Shown here: positions 29,763 through 39,137 of the stretch, in pieces
How the letters are laid out: every line of letters starts with the position of its first letter
Position numbering within the stretch: position 1 is the first letter of the stretch
Origin: a virus
IMG/VR virus record: IMGVR_UViG_3300021197_001931
Coordinates: 97,720 to 161,719 of that record
DNA: 64,000 bases
Direction: 5' to 3' (one strand)
The notes under the pieces: generated by a model
Database searches by the model: none
Seen by the model: only the letters and a program-made list of their open reading frames with translations
Told to the model about the DNA's origin: nothing
Position numbers and translations under genes: made by a program

Positions 29763-30341
29763 ATGAGTAAAATAAGAGAATTCATTATTGAAAGCAAGAA
29801 GCACGGAAAACATACTATACTGATTGATGAAGAGGACTGGGAGAAGGTTTCTCAGCACAAGTGGTGCATAGATGCTACGGCTAGGAGAAACAGTCGTGGA
29901 GGGTTTTACGCAAAGACCTCCATCCTACACCCAGACGGGGGGTGGTATGACAACCCAACTAGTGGTCGCGGACGCAGACGAACATCAATGTTCCTGCATC
30001 GCTTTCTGATGAATCCACCCCCAGGCTATATGGTCGACCATATAAACCATAATGGGCTGGACAACAGAAGGGAAAATCTACGTATTTGCACGCGGGTAGA
30101 GAACGGACGTAATAGACTTCCTTCAAAGAAGACCGCTTCTGGCTATAAAGGAGTTAGAAGAAACGGCAGCGATAATTGCTGGCAGGCTAAGATCAATATA
30201 GATAAAAAACAAACATATATAGGCTCCTTTGCAACGGCAGAGGAAGCAGCCTTAGCTTATGACAAAGTGGCGATTAAAGAGCACGGCGAATTCGCTTGTT
30301 TAAATTTCCCAGAAAAATATAACAGAAAGGAAAGCAAATGA
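29763..30341 (+). CDS. Free-standing HNH homing endonuclease with AP2 domain
   Basis: LHRFLM..VDHINHNGLDNRRENLR; SGYKGV..WQAKI..IGSFATAEEAALAYD. Confidence 0.92.
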   Translation: MSKIREFIIESKKHGKHTILIDEEDWEKVSQHKWCIDATARRNSRGGFYAKTSILHPDGGWYDNPTSGRGRRRTSMFLHRFLMNPPPGYMVDHINHNGLDNRRENLRICTRVENGRNRLPSKKTASGYKGVRRNGSDNCWQAKINIDKKQTYIGSFATAEEAALAYDKVAIKEHGEFACLNFPEKYNRKESK

Positions 30342-31330
30342 TAGCAGACATTATTGTAGATCTCCAATACGGAGATTGTGGAAAAGGCAAAGTAACTCAT
30401 ACTCTGCTGGAGAACGGGGATTACACACATTGTATTAGATACAATGGCGGACCAAATGCAGGACATACTATTTACCACAATGGGGAGAAGTTCGTAACTC
30501 ACTCCATTCCTGCTGGGGTCTTCTATGGAGTTAAGTCCATTATTGGCCCCGGCTGTGTTGTGAACTTACAACAGTTTTATAAAGAGATAGATGAACTAGA
30601 AAGTAAAGGAGTATTTTGTAAGGGCCTGGTGTTCATATCAAAAAACGCTCATATTATTACATCAGCACACCTATCTGAAGATTCTGGAGACAGTAAGATT
30701 GGTACAACCAAGCGTGGCAACGGCCCAGCGTACCGTGATAAATATGCGCGCAAGGGAGTTAGAGCGGAGGATGTCCCGGAACTAGAGTCTTACCTAGTCG
30801 ATGTCTACCAGGAGTTACATGATGGAAAATATGAAGCTGTCGCGCTCTTTGAGGGTGCTCAAGGGTTTGGTCTTGATATCGACTGGGGTGACTATCCTTA
30901 CGTTACTAGTAGCCACTGCACCACTGCGGGAGCTATGCTCAATGGTGTCCCACCCAGATCGGTAAGGCATGTTTGGGGAGTGGCCAAATGCTACGAGACA
31001 TATGTGGGCAATAAGAAGTTCGAAACTGCCGCCAAAATTTTTTCCCAAATCCGTGAAGTTGGGCAGGAATATGGTGCTACTACAGGACGACCAAGGCAGT
31101 GCAATTGGCTAAATATTGACCTTCTAAAGAAGGCAGCCAAGATTAACGGAGTTACAAACCTTGTAATCAACAAGATGGATGTTCTTCGTGAGGTCGGCGC
31201 TTGGACAGTTCGCAACGATAGTGGTGCCACTAGAAACGTGCAAGATGAAAACCTCTTTAGGCGTTTTCTCAAGTCGCAAATTCCTGACAATATTGCGGTT
31301 TATTTTTCGGAAAGCCCACATACCATTTGA
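30338..31330 (+). CDS. purA: Adenylosuccinate synthetase (compact form)
   Basis: QYGDCGKGK, GGPNAGHT, GTTKRG.GP, EGAQG, YPYVTSS, GATTGRPR, NKMDVL. Confidence 0.92.
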   Translation: MIADIIVDLQYGDCGKGKVTHTLLENGDYTHCIRYNGGPNAGHTIYHNGEKFVTHSIPAGVFYGVKSIIGPGCVVNLQQFYKEIDELESKGVFCKGLVFISKNAHIITSAHLSEDSGDSKIGTTKRGNGPAYRDKYARKGVRAEDVPELESYLVDVYQELHDGKYEAVALFEGAQGFGLDIDWGDYPYVTSSHCTTAGAMLNGVPPRSVRHVWGVAKCYETYVGNKKFETAAKIFSQIREVGQEYGATTGRPRQCNWLNIDLLKKAAKINGVTNLVINKMDVLREVGAWTVRNDSGATRNVQDENLFRRFLKSQIPDNIAVYFSESPHTI

Positions 31331-31355
31331 CATTGATAAGCAGATAAAATATAAT
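31327..31355 (+). promoter_or_regulatory. Consensus sigma-70 promoter
   Basis: TTGACA-17-TATAAT. Confidence 0.8.
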
Positions 31356-31373
31356 TCAAATTAAGGAGATGAA

Positions 31374-31667
31374 ATGACAATGACTACCGAATCTGTAGGA
31401 GAAGTGCAGCCTCGTTCCGAAGAGGAAAAGAAGGCTGAGAAGATGCTAGAGTATATTCGCTCTCTAAGGACCATCGAGGATGCGATGGAGCCCTATAAAG
31501 AGCAGAAGCGCGAGCTGCGCGCAGAGTTCAAGGAGCAGGGCTGGTTAACGTCCGACGAGATTAGCCTGACAACAAAGGCCTATCGAATGATGAAGGCCGA
31601 TGTTGATATTGATCAGTTTATCTCAATCTATGAAGGTCTTGCAACGAGCACTGGGAGGGTACAATGA
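31374..31667 (+). CDS. GapR/T4 DsbA-like small DNA-binding protein
   Basis: Helical pattern YI..L..IE.....KEQKREL..EFK..G resembles DUF2312. Confidence 0.5.
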   Translation: MTMTTESVGEVQPRSEEEKKAEKMLEYIRSLRTIEDAMEPYKEQKRELRAEFKEQGWLTSDEISLTTKAYRMMKADVDIDQFISIYEGLATSTGRVQ

Positions 31668-32122
31668 TTCTTGAATATGCGAGAATGCGCTATGAGGCAA
31701 AGCCTCCTACCCGTGCAAACCCAAGTGACGCTGGGCTAGACATTTACTTTAATCCGGAAAACCTTGAGTCGGTGACGATTCAACCTGGAGAAAGCGCGGT
31801 TCTTGAGACTGCCTATCGTTTCGGCGTGCCTCATGGATACATGCTGGAAGTAAAAAATAGGTCCGGACTGGCGTCCAAGCGGTCTCTGGTTGTGGGTGCT
31901 TGCGTTATTGATGCAGGCTATGATGGGGAAGTTCTGATCAACCTTCACAACATTGGTACAGAGCCCCAGGAGATTGAGGTTGGCACGAAAATTGCGCAAA
32001 TTGTCATGGTTCCTGTCGTTCACTTTCGGGCCATTGAAAGCCATGGTGGTGAACTATACAACTGGTATCCGATTGCAATGACTGAGCGTGGTGCTGGCGG
32101 GTTTGGTAGCACTGGGTCATGA
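31664..32122 (+). CDS. dut: Trimeric dUTPase
   Basis: DAGLD, RSGLA, VIDAGYDGE, KIAQ, RGAGGFGSTG. Confidence 0.95.
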   Translation: MILEYARMRYEAKPPTRANPSDAGLDIYFNPENLESVTIQPGESAVLETAYRFGVPHGYMLEVKNRSGLASKRSLVVGACVIDAGYDGEVLINLHNIGTEPQEIEVGTKIAQIVMVPVVHFRAIESHGGELYNWYPIAMTERGAGGFGSTGS

Positions 32123-32397
32123 ACCGTAAGCAAAGGCGAGCAGCCAAAAAGGAGTTGAAGAAGCAACATGGTGTTGAGGAGGAAATGGCTGAAAAGATAT
32201 TCCTCTTCAGCAAAATGCCTGATGAATGCTCTGCCTGCACGAAACCATTTGACAAGAAGGATAGAGAGATGGTAATGTCTTGGAGTGTCGTCGTTAGAAA
32301 TGATGACGAGACAGTTCGCCTTTATTGTCCCACTTGTTGGGAGACGGCACAAAAAGTTGTCGCTGATTTTCATGGAGTAAAAGATGAAGATGTATAA
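32119..32397 (+). CDS. Zn-finger hypothetical protein
   Basis: CSAC..CPTC. Confidence 0.55.
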   Translation: MNRKQRRAAKKELKKQHGVEEEMAEKIFLFSKMPDECSACTKPFDKKDREMVMSWSVVVRNDDETVRLYCPTCWETAQKVVADFHGVKDEDV

Positions 32398-33415
32398 AGA
32401 AGCACTAAGTTATGACGATGTTCTACTGGTTCCACAGTATTCAGATATTGAAAGTCGAAGAGAAGTCTCTCTTCAATCACAGCTTGGGCACTATATTCTG
32501 GAACTTCCGATTATTGCAAGCCCAATGGACACGATTGTTGAGGCAGAAATGGCTGCTGCGATGGCAGATCTTGGAGGACTTGGAATTATCCACAGATATA
32601 ATACAATTGAAGAGCAGGTTTCAATAGCGTCCAAGGCGGCCATGCAGGTAAATAATAATTCTGTTGGTGCTGCAATCCCGATTAGTGGAGATTTTATTGA
32701 GAGGGCTCAGGCGCTAATGCAAGTTGGTGTAAAGTTTATGTGCATCGATGTTGCACATGGGGACCACATCATGATGAAAACTGCGTTGGATGCTTTGAGG
32801 TCCAAGCTACCAGGCCATGTCCACATCATGGCTGGCAATGTTGCCACTCAAGAGGGGTATGAGAGACTTGTTGAGTGGGGCGCTGACTCTGTTCGTGTTG
32901 GAATCGGTGGAGGTTCTATCTGTTCTACTCGTATCCAAACCGGGCATGGTGTTCCAACACTTGCTTCCGTTATTGACTGTGCAAAGTCTCGCTACGCTGG
33001 AACTCATGCAATTATCGCTGATGGTGGTATTAAAACTAGTGGCGATATTGTAAAGGCAATTGGTGTTGGAGCTGACTTTGTTATGATCGGTTCTCTTTTC
33101 TCAGGCACAACTGAGACACCTGGCAAGATTCTTGTAAAAGAAGACGGCTCAAAGGTCAAGGAGTATCGGGGAATGGCCTCTCAGGCTGCACAGATGGCAT
33201 GGCGTGGTCGCACCTCTTCTCTCGAAGGTATTTCAACTTTTGTTCCATTCAAGGGCAAGGTAAAATATATTATCGATGATCTTGTTAATGGAATTCGAAG
33301 TGGGCTCTCTTATACTGGAAGTCGAAGTATCGAAGAGTTTCAGGCACGAGCCCATTTTATCCAACAGACGCAGGCTGGACAGTCTGAAAGCTCAACCCAT
33401 ATTCTTAAACGATGA
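32384..33415 (+). CDS. IMP dehydrogenase / GMP reductase family enzyme without CBS domains
   Basis: LSYDDVLLVP, SPMDT, IDVAHG, AGNVAT, GIGGGSICSTR, ADGGI, YRGMAS. Confidence 0.9.
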   Translation: MKMYKEALSYDDVLLVPQYSDIESRREVSLQSQLGHYILELPIIASPMDTIVEAEMAAAMADLGGLGIIHRYNTIEEQVSIASKAAMQVNNNSVGAAIPISGDFIERAQALMQVGVKFMCIDVAHGDHIMMKTALDALRSKLPGHVHIMAGNVATQEGYERLVEWGADSVRVGIGGGSICSTRIQTGHGVPTLASVIDCAKSRYAGTHAIIADGGIKTSGDIVKAIGVGADFVMIGSLFSGTTETPGKILVKEDGSKVKEYRGMASQAAQMAWRGRTSSLEGISTFVPFKGKVKYIIDDLVNGIRSGLSYTGSRSIEEFQARAHFIQQTQAGQSESSTHILKR

Positions 33416-33759
33416 CAAGTAAAAAGATGTCCAAGGAACATGATCGCAAGGTTGTATTTTATGATACAACTAAGCGTCATGCTGACCTAAGAATTAGATT
33501 GGACTATGACGGCTTTACACAATCTGAATTTTTTCGTGTGATGGTGACTGGGTATCTTGAAAAGGACCCAAGGATCACAGATTACATTCATGATTATAAG
33601 GCAGAGAAGAAACTATTTCGCAAACAGGGCAAAACTTCTCTTAGAAAAACAAAAGCCCTTTACGCAGAGGGAGAAGAGACTAAAAAGAAGTTTGGTCTCG
33701 ACGAAGATACAATAGAAAGTATCTTTGACTTACTAGAAGAGGAACACCCAGAATTATGA
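33412..33759 (+). CDS. Hypothetical protein (possibly ribbon-helix-helix-like)
   Basis: KVVFY..HADLRIRL...TQSEFFR. Confidence 0.45.
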   Translation: MTSKKMSKEHDRKVVFYDTTKRHADLRIRLDYDGFTQSEFFRVMVTGYLEKDPRITDYIHDYKAEKKLFRKQGKTSLRKTKALYAEGEETKKKFGLDEDTIESIFDLLEEEHPEL

Positions 33760-34010
33760 GAAGTTGTAAGGTTGCTACAATAATGAAAAACAAATCTTGT
33801 GATCAATGTGATTGCAGACTTTGGATTGATTATGAGGAGGATTTAAATTGCACATTGATAGCCGCAGAAAAAAACGGCCCAATGAATTTAAGAGAGGTTG
33901 CAGACAGGCTCGGAATTAGCTTTGTCAGAGTAAAGCAAATACAAGATGCAGCTATGCAGAAACTTAGCCTCAAAAAACAAAGTTTAAAGGCTTTTTGCAA
34001 GTTAAGTTGA
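33756..34010 (+). CDS. Stand-alone sigma-70 region 4 HTH protein with Cys-rich N-terminus
   Basis: MNLREVADRLGISFVRVKQIQDAAMQKL matches the region 4.2 consensus. Confidence 0.75.
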   Translation: MRSCKVATIMKNKSCDQCDCRLWIDYEEDLNCTLIAAEKNGPMNLREVADRLGISFVRVKQIQDAAMQKLSLKKQSLKAFCKLS

Positions 34011-34111
34011 TACTTATTGTATATAGACAGGCTTAAGTGACGACAAATAGTAACTTTTGTTTGCCAATATACTATTTACTGATTGAAACCTAAAATAGGA
34101 GAAAAAACATA

Positions 34112-34861
34112 ATGAGCAAAAACAATCTTTTAAATGAGGGAACCGTCCGCCGCTTCATGAAGCTTGCGAATGTTGACACCCTTACGGATACCTTTGTCGA
34201 AAAGATCAATGAGACGACCCAGGTTGATGAGAGTGAGACTATTGAAGAGGATGTCTTCGCACCTAACCACTACTGTGTTCATCACGGTGGCGTCCAGCAC
34301 GAGGGTGTAATTAAGACAGGTGAAGCCATAAATCACAACTATAACGAAGAGCTTGGTCGCGTAACCCACTATGATATGAAGCTTGAGGACGGCACTATTC
34401 TTGAGAATGTTGCTGCTGAAGACATTCAAGTTACTCAAGCCACTTTAGAGTCCCAGCACATGGGCCACAAAGCCAAGAGAGACGAAGAAGATGAGCCCAT
34501 GGAAGAAATGTATGGCATGCCTCCTGGCGATCGCGACGACGATGATGACATGGATGGTGACATGGATGTCGACGTTGAAGTCGAGGACGACGCTCCAGTT
34601 GGTGGCGGTGCCTCCTCTGTTGAAGACCTTGCCAGAGGCATTTTAGACACAATCCAGGACCTAGTGCCTGGACTTCTTGATGTCCAAGATGACGAAGAAG
34701 AGGTAGACATGGTTCCTGAGCCCGAAGAAGAAGCCCTTGAAGAGCCCGAGGAAGCCCTTGAGGAAGTTGACATTGTCGAGGATGAGGACCTAATTAACGA
34801 GGTTGCCAAGAGAGTTACAACACGTCTTGTAAAGAGTCTTGCTGCGCGCAAGAATAGCTAA
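34112..34861 (+). CDS. Acidic low-complexity protein, probable head scaffold/internal protein
   Basis: LLNE..VRRFMKLA leader, Glu/Asp-rich, EPEEALE repeats, CTATTTA at 34072. Confidence 0.5.
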   Translation: MSKNNLLNEGTVRRFMKLANVDTLTDTFVEKINETTQVDESETIEEDVFAPNHYCVHHGGVQHEGVIKTGEAINHNYNEELGRVTHYDMKLEDGTILENVAAEDIQVTQATLESQHMGHKAKRDEEDEPMEEMYGMPPGDRDDDDDMDGDMDVDVEVEDDAPVGGGASSVEDLARGILDTIQDLVPGLLDVQDDEEEVDMVPEPEEEALEEPEEALEEVDIVEDEDLINEVAKRVTTRLVKSLAARKNS

Positions 34862-34885
34862 ATAATATTTTAAGGTTTCAATTGC

Positions 34886-34926
34886 ACCGCTGCAAGATTT
34901 GTGTTAAAGTCTTGCAGCGGTTTTTA
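34886..34926 (+). terminator. Rho-independent terminator
   Basis: ACCGCTGCAAGA..TCTTGCAGCGGT followed by TTTT. Confidence 0.85.
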
Positions 34927-34937
34927 TTTGAGGTATA

Positions 34938-35345
34938 ATGGTTGATATAAATCTAGTTCTTTGCTTTCTTTCGTTTGTCGTGGGAATGCTCTTTCACAAA
35001 ATCTGCTCAGATACATTGGGCATGGGATATGTTGCACTCTTCATAAGGGTCGTTGAATTGGAAACATTGAAAATGTTACAAATTATTGCCAATGATGTAG
35101 AATTTATACAAGATAAGAAAATTAAGCTATTGAGAGAACTAGATACATCAGAGGAAGAAGTAAAATTTATCAAAGATATTGATAGACAAATGTTTGATTC
35201 CTGGAAAGAAAGTGTTATCATTCACTTCATCGCTGCCTATCCAGGTAAATACAGAAGACAAATAGAATTTACAAGCTGGCGAGGCGCTATGAAGCAACTG
35301 AAGTATATCGAGACACAACAAGCTAAAAAAAAACAATTTAACTAA
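34938..35345 (+). CDS. Hypothetical membrane-anchored protein
   Basis: N-terminal hydrophobic helix. Confidence 0.5.
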   Translation: MVDINLVLCFLSFVVGMLFHKICSDTLGMGYVALFIRVVELETLKMLQIIANDVEFIQDKKIKLLRELDTSEEEVKFIKDIDRQMFDSWKESVIIHFIAAYPGKYRRQIEFTSWRGAMKQLKYIETQQAKKKQFN

Positions 35346-36034
35346 TGGAGAAACAAATGTTTTCTAAAAAAGCAACCAAGAAAAAGGTCGAAGCGGAGGA
35401 GACTGAAGATGCGGTCTCCGAAAAAGAGTTAGAGGCACTACAACTTTTAATGGATTCTGCTTCTAGGGACAAATCTGACAATAGACTGATTGCACTGTTT
35501 GGCGATATAGACGAACCAAAGGCTGGGCAGCTTTGCTACAATCTTCATATTTTATCATCTGAAGTTTCTATAGCCCCAGAAGACCCTGAAGATCTGACGA
35601 AAGGTGTAGTGGCTACAGTAGACCCAATTCAACTAATGATCTGTAGCCCCGGTGGAAATGCCTCAGAAATGTTTGCGATATATGATAATATGAGATTAAT
35701 CAGAGAGGCATGTGATATTGAAACATTTGGCGTTGGAAAAGTCATGTCAGCTGGTGTTTTGCTTTTAGCAGCCGGAACGAAAGGTAAGAGAACAATTGGT
35801 AAAAACTGTAGAGTTATGATACACAGTGTGATCGGCGGGGTTCATGGTGGGTTTCACAATGTAGAGAATGAAATGGACGAGATTCGCTGGGTTCAAAGCC
35901 AATATATTAAAATGCTAGCTAGTGAAACAGATATGTCACAAGCACAGCTTAAGAAAATGCTTCAAAGAAAAGTGAATATTTATCTGTCAGCCGAAGAGGC
36001 AGTTGAACTGGGTATTGCAGATATCATTGTATAA
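35345..36034 (+). CDS. clpP: ClpP-family protease
   Basis: SPGG, VMSAG, GTKGKR, RVMIH, YLSAEEAVELGIAD. Confidence 0.88.
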   Translation: MEKQMFSKKATKKKVEAEETEDAVSEKELEALQLLMDSASRDKSDNRLIALFGDIDEPKAGQLCYNLHILSSEVSIAPEDPEDLTKGVVATVDPIQLMICSPGGNASEMFAIYDNMRLIREACDIETFGVGKVMSAGVLLLAAGTKGKRTIGKNCRVMIHSVIGGVHGGFHNVENEMDEIRWVQSQYIKMLASETDMSQAQLKKMLQRKVNIYLSAEEAVELGIADIIV

Positions 36035-36037
36035 AAT

Positions 36038-36397
36038 ATGAAAACTAAGTTACCCATTAAATATGTTCCAAAAGGATGGGGCTTTGAAAAATGGATTGTA
36101 AATAACGAGGAGTATTGTGGCAAACTACTCTATCTTGTTAAGGGAAAGAGGTGCTCGTGGCATTATCACACTCTTAAAGATGAAGTGTTTTATGTACAAT
36201 CTGGAAAAGTTATTGTTAAATATTCCGATGGGGACGACATTGATAATGTTGGCATACAAACTCTTGTCCCCGGTGACAATTTTCATGTTTACAGAGGATT
36301 AAGACACCAGCTCATAGCTCTACAGGACTCTGAGATTTTTGAGTTCTCCACTCAACACTTTGATAGCGATAGTCACAGAATTATAAAGGGAGACTAG
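36038..36397 (+). CDS. Cupin-domain protein
   Basis: KGWG.E, CSWHYH..KDE.FYV, RHQL. Confidence 0.8.
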   Translation: MKTKLPIKYVPKGWGFEKWIVNNEEYCGKLLYLVKGKRCSWHYHTLKDEVFYVQSGKVIVKYSDGDDIDNVGIQTLVPGDNFHVYRGLRHQLIALQDSEIFEFSTQHFDSDSHRIIKGD

Positions 36398-36398
36398 A

Positions 36399-37022
36399 AT
36401 GACAATAGTTAAGGGCCTTCAGGCCGAACTGATAAAAGATATCTATCGCAATACAATGTTGCGCAAGGGGTATGCGTTTTTTGATCGAAACAAGCCATAT
36501 AACTTAAATATTATTGGCGTTCGTCGTGTTGAAAACGCAATTCCTAATAAATTTGATGACACTTTAGTTGTTATCTACCGGGAGCGTGGTGAACAATGGA
36601 GTGTCTTTACGGCAGATATAACTACAGACCCAGGACAATATTGGCTAATGCACCCCACTAACGTGAATGGCACTGCAATTTTAGTCCCCAATCAATATCG
36701 TGGCGCTTATAAAAAAGGCTTACACCAGGGTAAATACGAAGCTCTCTGCCAGCGCGGGGGAAACGTCCAGGTCTATCGTGATGCTGACGGAGATCGCCGC
36801 CATGATATGGAAGATGATAAGATTGATACAGGCTTCTTTGGAATCAATATACACAAAGCGGGCCGAGCTTCTGTTCAAGTTGATAAGTGGAGTGCTGGGT
36901 GTCAGGTGTTTGCGCGAAGTGATGATTTCGCTACATTCATGGATCTCGTTGATGAAGGTGCCCAGAGGCATGGAGATTCGTTTACTTACACTCTGCTGTT
37001 AGAAACAGATTTTAATAACTAA
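36399..37022 (+). CDS. YkuD/L,D-transpeptidase-like cell-wall enzyme (candidate lysin)
   Basis: TTDPG, GINIH..WSAGCQV His/Cys motif. Confidence 0.6.
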   Translation: MTIVKGLQAELIKDIYRNTMLRKGYAFFDRNKPYNLNIIGVRRVENAIPNKFDDTLVVIYRERGEQWSVFTADITTDPGQYWLMHPTNVNGTAILVPNQYRGAYKKGLHQGKYEALCQRGGNVQVYRDADGDRRHDMEDDKIDTGFFGINIHKAGRASVQVDKWSAGCQVFARSDDFATFMDLVDEGAQRHGDSFTYTLLLETDFNN

Positions 37023-37048
37023 TTATATTACTGTAGGAAACCAGACTA

Positions 37049-37183
37049 GTGAGTCAAATAAATTTAAATAAACTTCTTGAAATGATTGAAGAAGTCATTG
37101 ATGATAGATTGTTGAATAAAAGAAATCAAGAATCAAAAAACAAAGGCAATAAAATTAAAAAAAGCAAGTTGCCTAAAAATTAA
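37049..37183 (+). CDS. 44 aa basic peptide with leader LNKLLEMIEEV
   Basis: GTG start, AGGA upstream, CTAATTA at 37019. Confidence 0.4.
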   Translation: MSQINLNKLLEMIEEVIDDRLLNKRNQESKNKGNKIKKSKLPKN

Positions 37184-37205
37184 GAGCAAATATTTAAAAA
37201 CTTGC

Positions 37206-37234
37206 TTGACAAAAATAAAAAAATATATTATTAT
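37206..37234 (+). promoter_or_regulatory. Sigma-70 promoter for groEL
   Basis: TTGACA-17-TATTAT. Confidence 0.7.
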
Positions 37235-37258
37235 TTAAAATAACAATGAGGAGTAAAT

Positions 37259-38830
37259 GTGACAAAGCATTATAATAGTGGTGCGTCTCTTAGCGATAAG
37301 ATTCTTAATGGCGTAAATATTTTAGCAGATAATGTGGCTTCAACTTTGGGGCCAAAGGGTAGGAACGTTATCTTACAAGAAGCTGGTGGTAATCCAGTTA
37401 TTACAAAGGATGGCGTAACCGTAGCACAATTTGTTACTTTAGAAGATCCTTTTGAAAATGCAGCAGCCGAGGTAATAAAGCAGGCAGCTTCACAAACAAA
37501 TTCAATGGCTGGAGATGGCACAACGACTGCCACAGTGTTAGCTAGAGAGATACTAAAAGAGTCTCAAAGATATATAACTTCTGGTGTGTCTCCGATTGAG
37601 CTTAAAAGGGGTATGGATTCGGCAGCTGCCTCTATTGTGGATACACTAAAAGAGATGTCTGAGGAAATTTCAAGTGTTGAGGAGGTGGCCAACATAGCTA
37701 CAATTTCTGCAAATAACGATAAAGCCATTGGAGATCTCATCGCCACAGCCGTAGATAAAGCTGGAAAAAATGGAGCTATAACTATTGAAGAGGCTCGTTC
37801 CCTAGAGACATCTTTAGATTTGGTAGAGGGTTTTAGATTTGATGCCGGATACGCTGCCACTGCGTTTATTAATGACGAGAGAAGGGGAGTTGTAAAATAT
37901 AGTGAAAGCCCCTTACTGTTGGTTACTGATTATAAGATTGACTCTGTTGAGCAGGTATTACCCATTTTGGAGTTAGTGGCACGGGAGTCTCGACCTTTCG
38001 TAATTGTCGCTGAGGAAATTGAAGGACAGGCGCTCGCTGCACTAATTATGAATGCAATGCGTGGGACAATGAAGATTGCCGCCATTAAGGCGCCTCGTTA
38101 TGGGGAGGAGCGCCGAGGTATACTTAAGGATCTTGCAACCTCTGTAGGCGCCTTCTTTGTGTCTCGTGAGAGCGGAGTTAAACTCAAGGATGTAAAACTT
38201 CAGCAGCTAGGTATCGCCAAGTCCATTGAGATTACCAAGAATGAAACAACTATAATGGGCGGAAAGGGAAAAACAAGTGAGATTGAGGAAAGGATTGGGG
38301 ATCTCAAAACAATGCTTGAGGGCACTGAATCAATCCATGATTGCGAGCGAATTCAAGAAAGAATTACGCGCCTCGCTAGTGGTATTGCAATTATTCGTGT
38401 CGGTGCATCTACTGAAGTTGAGATGATAGAAAAGAAGCATCGAATTGAAGACGCCCTCGAAGCTGTACGCTCTGCCCGCGAAGAAGGCATTGTCCCTGGC
38501 GGTGGCGTTGCTTTAATTAGAGCTATGGGCAAGACAGAGTTCGAGGTTGACAACGAAGACCAGGCAATAGGTGTAGATATCGTTAGGAAGGCCGTGTTTG
38601 GCCCCTTGAGACAAATGGCTCTTAATTGCGGCGAATCACCAGACATAATCCAGACGGTTGTAACAAACCTGGAAGAAAACCAAGGCTTTGATTTTAGAAA
38701 TCAAACAAGTTGTGATCTTGTTGAGAATGGCATAATTGACCCAGTTAAAGTAACACGGTGTGCTTTACAGAACGCGGTGTCTGCCGCTGGCACTTTAATT
38801 ACGACAAATTATGCAATCATAAAGTCTTAA
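37259..38830 (+). CDS. groEL: Chaperonin GroEL (no GGM tail)
   Basis: TLGPKGRNV, TKDGVTVA, GDGTTTATVLA, GIVPGGG, GIIDPVKV. Confidence 0.96.
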   Translation: MTKHYNSGASLSDKILNGVNILADNVASTLGPKGRNVILQEAGGNPVITKDGVTVAQFVTLEDPFENAAAEVIKQAASQTNSMAGDGTTTATVLAREILKESQRYITSGVSPIELKRGMDSAAASIVDTLKEMSEEISSVEEVANIATISANNDKAIGDLIATAVDKAGKNGAITIEEARSLETSLDLVEGFRFDAGYAATAFINDERRGVVKYSESPLLLVTDYKIDSVEQVLPILELVARESRPFVIVAEEIEGQALAALIMNAMRGTMKIAAIKAPRYGEERRGILKDLATSVGAFFVSRESGVKLKDVKLQQLGIAKSIEITKNETTIMGGKGKTSEIEERIGDLKTMLEGTESIHDCERIQERITRLASGIAIIRVGASTEVEMIEKKHRIEDALEAVRSAREEGIVPGGGVALIRAMGKTEFEVDNEDQAIGVDIVRKAVFGPLRQMALNCGESPDIIQTVVTNLEENQGFDFRNQTSCDLVENGIIDPVKVTRCALQNAVSAAGTLITTNYAIIKS

Positions 38831-38854
38831 CGAGTTATTGGACTAGTTATAGAT

Positions 38855-39127
38855 ATGGATCAGATAGACCAAGCAGCTCTCGCTACTCTTCATGGCAAGA
38901 TCGATCGATTAAATGATAATATCGACACGGTTAAAAAACAACAAGAAGAGATAGGCGAGCACATTTCTAAGATCAAAGAGGCTGTATATAACCCAGACTC
39001 AGGCCTCTATGCTCGATTAAGATCTTTAGAACAATGGAGGGATGCCACATCAAGAACCACTTGGTTTCTTGCAACTACGGTGGGGGCTCTGGTTTTAAAA
39101 ACAGTCTGGGATTTATTATTAACATAA
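38855..39127 (+). CDS. Coiled coil plus C-terminal TM protein (holin/XhlA-like)
   Basis: Heptad N-terminus, hydrophobic C-terminus, CTAGTTA at 38843. Confidence 0.4.
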   Translation: MDQIDQAALATLHGKIDRLNDNIDTVKKQQEEIGEHISKIKEAVYNPDSGLYARLRSLEQWRDATSRTTWFLATTVGALVLKTVWDLLLT

Positions 39128-39137
39128 GCGAGGTAAT

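Noticed and set aside
30338-31330. PurZ / 2-aminoadenine (Z-genome) system, with the PolA-like gene as DpoZ
   Set aside because: The catalytic Asp is retained (GDCGKGK; PurZ has Ser), the GTP-type NKMD and GATTGR motifs are canonical PurA, and no DatZ/MazZ-like gene was recognised
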